From: Candidatus Jordarchaeales archaeon
GTDB taxonomy: Archaea > Asgardarchaeota > Jordiarchaeia > Jordiarchaeales > Freyrarchaeaceae
Assembly: GCA_038858525.1 (NCBI GenBank)
Contig: JAWCFL010000016.1
Span: 21,841-30,198 of the forward strand
Direction: 5' to 3'
Length of the DNA: 8,358 nucleotides
The position numbers and the translations under genes were made by a program. Positions 4,944 through 8,358 of the stretch are shown piece after piece (the stretch's first letter is position 1; each line of letters starts with the position of its first letter). Below the pieces are notes generated by a model that was not told where the DNA came from, searched no databases, and saw only the letters and a program-made list of their open reading frames with translations.

Positions 4944-7188
4944 GAGTCCACCAGTTAACTAGAAGCGTTATGAGGGGCTCCGGGGCTAGGGGACTGATAG
5001 CCAGGTACACGTGGTAAACTCCCGCTCCAATAAGAATGGCTGAGATTATCGTTGTCAAGCTCACCAGTAGCGCCGTTTTCAGGTTGAACTCTCTGGCTAT
5101 GACTGCGAAGGTTGCAACGCAGGGGAAGTATAGCGCCACCACGAGGGCATAGATGAAGATTTGCATGGGCGTCATGAAGAGTGAAAGTTCGCTCACTCCT
5201 AATTTAAGATTCGAGATAACTAAAAGCGTTTCAATGGCCATTTCTTTTCGGAGAAGCCCATACATCAATGTGACACTTGTGATCGACGGGAGGCCGAGGA
5301 CATCGCTCATGAAGCCGGCTGAAGCATATAAGACTGGCGTCACCAAGTTGAACGCTTCAAGGAGCGCTAACAATAAGCTGCCAGCCACTATAAATGGGAG
5401 AGCCACCTTAAAGAACTCCCGCGTTCTGATCCACGTCTTGGAAAACAACGACGACCACGTTGGCACCCTGTACGGTGGCATCTCCATGAGCATGCTTGGA
5501 GACTCTCCGGGGATCACCTTGCTCAGCACTATTGAAAGCAGGGCGACTAGCCCAATGATAACAAAGTATATCGCCAGCGCGTATTGGAGGCCACCGTAGT
5601 ATCCTGCCGCTCCCAGTATAACCGCTGTCCTCGCGGAGCATGGGAGAAGCGTTATCAGGAAAGTGACGATCACCCTCTGCTTCCTGCTTTCAAGTATCCT
5701 CGTCGACATTATGGCTGGAACGTTGCAGCCTAGAGCCGACACCAAGGGTATTATCGATTTTCCGTGAAGCCCAAACTTGTGGAGGACTAAATCAGTCAAG
5801 TATGCTATGCGCGACAGGTAGCCCGTATCCTCCAGTAGTGCTAGGGCAAGGTAAAATGTGACCACGTATGGCAACGCCACCGATAAAGCTGCCTCAATAC
5901 CCGTCAACAGCCCGTCGACGACAAAATACTTTGCAAGCGTCTGGATGGGGAAAAACTGGCCTGCCATGAGTTCAACGACCCGCGCAACGATATCACCATA
6001 GAATTGTGAAGCAGAGCTACTAACTGCTTTCATGACTAGTTCCACCCACGTGTAGCCGATAAGCCACTCTACAAGAGGTGTCACGTAGCTTTCAAAGAAG
6101 CCTGCGATCCCCCTCTCGAGAACTCCTCCACCGAGAAACACTAGGGCGAACATTCCCATCAATATTAGGACGAGAATCGGGAAACCTGTTTGATAGGAGA
6201 GGAGAAAGTTGTCCAGTTTCTCCTGTAGCGTTGCCTTAGTTCTCTCTCTACGCATAACCTGTCGAGTTATCCAGCCAGCTAGGGCGAACCGCTCTTTCGC
6301 CATGACCACCGATGAGTTCTCGCCGAGCGTCCACTCCAGCTCGCGCCTAACTGCGTCTATCTCGGCGGCGAGCCAGCCGGGCAAGCTCCCCCCAATCGCC
6401 GCCTCAACCGCTTTAGCGTCTCCTTCCAAGGCCCACTCTGCCAAGATCCTCGGAGTAACCACGCTGCCTACAAGGTACCCTGCGAATGCGCGCTCCAATT
6501 TTCGAACGCGGCTTTCGACTAGAGAGGAATACTCCACTCTTCTTCGGTGACCGAGCCTCGGAAGAATAGCAATCTCCCTTCCTAGTTGCCCATGCCTGAA
6601 TCTTCTCCTCCTACCGTATCCGCTCTCAACGGTATGCCCTGCTTCTCCTCCTCTTCTTGCTTCCAGCGTCGATTTGATAGCGACTTCTAGGACTTCTCTG
6701 ACGTTTATCCCCTTGGTTGCCACGGTGGGTATAACGGGGATCCCTAGAAGCTCTGATAACGCTTCATGATTCACGTTGAGCCCCCTCTTTTTGGCGAAGT
6801 CCACCTGATTAAGAGCCATCACGATCGGCACATTCAACTCTAGGAGCTGAATGGTAAGGGCGAGGCTTTGCTCTAGCCTGCTCGCATCGGCCACGTTCAC
6901 TATGACGTCTGGTTTCTCCTTTATGATAGCCCTCACGGTCACTTCTTGATCCTCTGAGAGACAACCTAGGCTGTATGTTCCTGGAAGGTCCGTCACCTCA
7001 ACCTTAGTCCCGTTGAGGCTGGCCAGCCCTCTAGTAACCTCAACAGTGGTTCCAGGGTAATTCGACACTATAGCGTTAACTCCCGTGAGCCTATTGAAGA
7101 AGACGCTCTTACCGACATTCGGCACTCCCACAAGGAAAACCTTTAAGGCACGGCCTCCAAGCGTCGCTTCTCTATCCATTTCACTCAC
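4933..7188 (-). CDS. feoB: Ferrous iron transport protein B
   Basis: G1 GVPNVGKS, G2 NYPGTTV, G3 DLPGTYSL, G4 NQVD. The membrane domain has LEDTGYLSR, GCNVPAIM, LPCSAR, MEMPPYRVP and LYFPCVAT. Start is GTG 7188, or ATG 7179 which has GGTGA 5 nt upstream; it is coupled to the regulator stop at 7181-7183. Confidence 0.96.
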   Translation of the reverse strand: MSEMDREATLGGRALKVFLVGVPNVGKSVFFNRLTGVNAIVSNYPGTTVEVTRGLASLNGTKVEVTDLPGTYSLGCLSEDQEVTVRAIIKEKPDVIVNVADASRLEQSLALTIQLLELNVPIVMALNQVDFAKKRGLNVNHEALSELLGIPVIPTVATKGINVREVLEVAIKSTLEARRGGEAGHTVESGYGRRRRFRHGQLGREIAILPRLGHRRRVEYSSLVESRVRKLERAFAGYLVGSVVTPRILAEWALEGDAKAVEAAIGGSLPGWLAAEIDAVRRELEWTLGENSSVVMAKERFALAGWITRQVMRRERTKATLQEKLDNFLLSYQTGFPILVLILMGMFALVFLGGGVLERGIAGFFESYVTPLVEWLIGYTWVELVMKAVSSSASQFYGDIVARVVELMAGQFFPIQTLAKYFVVDGLLTGIEAALSVALPYVVTFYLALALLEDTGYLSRIAYLTDLVLHKFGLHGKSIIPLVSALGCNVPAIMSTRILESRKQRVIVTFLITLLPCSARTAVILGAAGYYGGLQYALAIYFVIIGLVALLSIVLSKVIPGESPSMLMEMPPYRVPTWSSLFSKTWIRTREFFKVALPFIVAGSLLLALLEAFNLVTPVLYASAGFMSDVLGLPSITSVTLMYGLLRKEMAIETLLVISNLKLGVSELSLFMTPMQIFIYALVVALYFPCVATFAVIAREFNLKTALLVSLTTIISAILIGAGVYHVYLAISPLAPEPLITLLVNWWTLTS

Positions 7189-7867
7189 CGTCTACTGGGA
7201 CCGCCATGATGACCTCGGCAAGCTCCCGTCCCATGGCCACTTGGAGACAGCCGGAGTCAACTATGACTGGGCCACCTGCAGGCGCCCTCCTGATCAGCTT
7301 GAGCTCAACCCCTGGCATTATACCTAAGGAAGCCAGCCTTCTCAGCACGTCGCGCTTCTCCTTAATTATTCTCACAACCCTAACCTTCAATGGAGGGTTG
7401 AAGCTGATGAGAGGTCGACCCACCTCGCCCTTTATTTCTCCTGTTGGGGGAGGAATAATGTTGCCGTGAGGGCAAGTCTCGGGGTTTTTAAGGGATGCCG
7501 CCAGCTTGTCTGCTACTTCGTCGCTTAGAGCATGCTCCAACTTACATGCTTCCTCATGACATTCATCCCAATTAACTCCCGCAACGTCCGTGAGCAAGCG
7601 TTCAGCTATCCTATGCCTCCTTACAACCCTCGCGGCGACCTCACGCCCCAAGGAAGTCAGACTAGCCCCCCTGTAGGGAACATACTCCACCAGGTTCTTC
7701 TTTGTAAGCGAGTCCTTCAACATCTCTGTCACTGACGCTGGGGAAACACCCAGCCTCTCAGCTAGCTCACTCGTCTTCACGCTGGCTTTGCCTTCCTCAT
7801 ACATATGATAAAGCGCCTCTATGTATTCTTCCTCCGACTCTGAGAGTTCATCTTGCTCCGGCGTCAT
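7181..7867 (-). CDS. DtxR/MntR-family metal-dependent transcriptional repressor with C-terminal FeoA (SH3-like) domain
   Basis: EEEYIEALY; winged HTH ELAERLGVSPASVTEMLK; RRHRIAERLL; HEEACKLEH; CPHGN; FeoA-like tail RRLASLGIMPGVELKLIRRAPAGGPV. ATG 7867 is preceded by GGATGTGAG; TTG 7879 and GTG 7873 are in-frame alternatives. Confidence 0.93.
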   Translation of the reverse strand: MTPEQDELSESEEEYIEALYHMYEEGKASVKTSELAERLGVSPASVTEMLKDSLTKKNLVEYVPYRGASLTSLGREVAARVVRRHRIAERLLTDVAGVNWDECHEEACKLEHALSDEVADKLAASLKNPETCPHGNIIPPPTGEIKGEVGRPLISFNPPLKVRVVRIIKEKRDVLRRLASLGIMPGVELKLIRRAPAGGPVIVDSGCLQVAMGRELAEVIMAVPVDGE

Positions 7868-7879
7868 GCTCACATCCAA

Positions 7880-7897
7880 TTTTAGGCTAACCTAAAA
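7880..7897. promoter_or_regulatory. DtxR/SirR-type operator palindrome (probable autoregulatory site of the dtxR-feoB unit)
   Basis: TTTTAGG-CTAA-CCTAAAA has perfect 7-bp inverted arms. On the - strand it reads TTTTAGGTTAGCCTAAAA, containing TTAGGTTAGCCTAA, the core of known DtxR/SirR/MntR boxes. It lies between the TATA box and the start of a DtxR-family gene. Confidence 0.85.
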
Positions 7898-7899
7898 AA

Positions 7900-7916
7900 C
7901 ATATAAACATTTTCCC
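7900..7916 (-). promoter_or_regulatory. Archaeal BRE + TATA box for dtxR-feoB
   Basis: The - strand reads GGGAAAA-TG-TTTATATG. The TATA box is about 30 nt upstream of the start-codon cluster at 7867-7879. Confidence 0.7.
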
Positions 7917-8174
7917 TAATCGAGCAACAACACAAAGAAAACCAGCAGAGTGCAGGAACTTAAAAGCTAAGTTACTAAGCTTAATTAAAATTATCCACAA
8001 CAGACAGAAAAGGAACGATCAAACGTTGAAACCTACCTAGCCAACTCATCAATAAACTAAGTTCAGCTAAAAAAATATTTTATATGCCTTGTAGAGTCTT
8101 TCAGAAAAACACAGCCAAAACATAATTTTTACCCGAAATAATACGAAAAACACCCCTTTATGAATCAACTTCAT

Positions 8175-8189
8175 GAAAAAATTTATATT
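8175..8189 (+). promoter_or_regulatory. Archaeal BRE + TATA box for the gene starting at 8240
   Basis: GAAAAAA-TTTATATT, about 50 nt upstream of an RBS (GGAGGAG, 8228-8234) and a GTG start. Confidence 0.55.
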
Positions 8190-8239
8190 AAACAAAGAGA
8201 AAACTATTTTTTCGAAAACCTTTGGTTGGAGGAGTGGCA

Positions 8240-8358
8240 GTGTCTGAGACTGTTTCTGAAAAAGAAATTCTTTCAGCATGGTCGATCCTATCAGTGATCG
8301 GCGGCCTCTACGCTCTGGGTGTAGGCGCCTTAGTTCTGCCGATACCGTCAGCCATAAA
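8240..8358 (+). CDS. N-terminus of a probable membrane protein (3'-truncated, not in the ORF track)
   Basis: GGAGG (8228-8232) lies 7 nt before GTG 8240. The frame is open to the window end: MSETVSEKEILSAWSILSVIGGLYALGVGALVLPIPSAI, a polar N-terminus followed by a hydrophobic helix-length segment. Composition shifts from AT-rich intergenic to coding-like here. Confidence 0.65.
   Translation, partial: MSETVSEKEILSAWSILSVIGGLYALGVGALVLPIPSAI

Noticed and set aside
6790-6815. FeoB G4 motif NQVD instead of NKxD
   Set aside because: FeoB G4 is known to vary (e.g. NMxD), so this does not indicate a new nucleotide specificity.
182-7735. Remaining short ORFs antisense to or overlapping the M20 gene, aor, rSAM, fmdE, feoB and dtxR
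   Set aside because: All lie within well-supported genes, are Ser/Pro/Leu-rich as expected of shadow frames, and show no motifs or start signals.
7991-7999. Perfect DnaA-box 9-mer TTATCCACA next to AT-rich DNA
   Set aside because: Single copy in archaeal-type DNA, where origins use Orc1/Cdc6 ORB elements. One 9-mer on either strand of 8 kb is plausible by chance.
7960-8070. Short CTAAGTT repeats in the divergent intergenic region
   Set aside because: Only 7 bp, irregularly spaced, not CRISPR-like and not matching the DtxR box.
8150-8175. AAAGGGGT G-string on the - strand, resembling an ORB tail
   Set aside because: The TCCA...GAAAC ORB core is absent, there are no repeated copies, and no cdc6 gene is visible.
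8067-8279. 70-aa - strand ORF (MLKEFLFQ...)
   Set aside because: Phe/Lys-rich translation of AT-rich promoter DNA; it overlaps the better-supported + strand gene at 8240.

Overview
Archaeal-looking window (TATA/BRE promoters, GGAGG/GGTGA-type ribosome-binding sites, frequent AGG/ATA codons). The + strand carries the 3' part of an M20 (ArgE/DapE-like) metallohydrolase gene, then a tungsten-enzyme module: aldehyde:ferredoxin oxidoreductase (AOR family), a MoaD/SAMP ubiquitin-like sulfur carrier, a radical SAM/SPASM protein resembling the tungsten-oxidoreductase maturases, and a stand-alone FmdE-domain protein. This module meets, tail to tail with an 11-bp overlap, a - strand iron-uptake unit: a DtxR-family regulator with a FeoA domain followed by feoB. 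That unit has a clear 18-bp DtxR/SirR-type operator between its TATA box and start. An AT-rich divergent intergenic region leads to the start of a membrane-protein gene that is missing from the ORF track and cut off by the window edge. No RNA genes, CRISPR arrays or mobile elements were recognised. The most interesting leads are: the AOR-SAMP-rSAM-FmdE set as a candidate tungstopterin maturation module with FmdE as a possible uncharacterised component; a possible ATT start for aor; an internal duplication in the rSAM protein; an Arg/His-rich insert in FeoB; and a possible iron-sparing antisense link between the two convergent units. All motif and family calls were made by eye; no searches were run.
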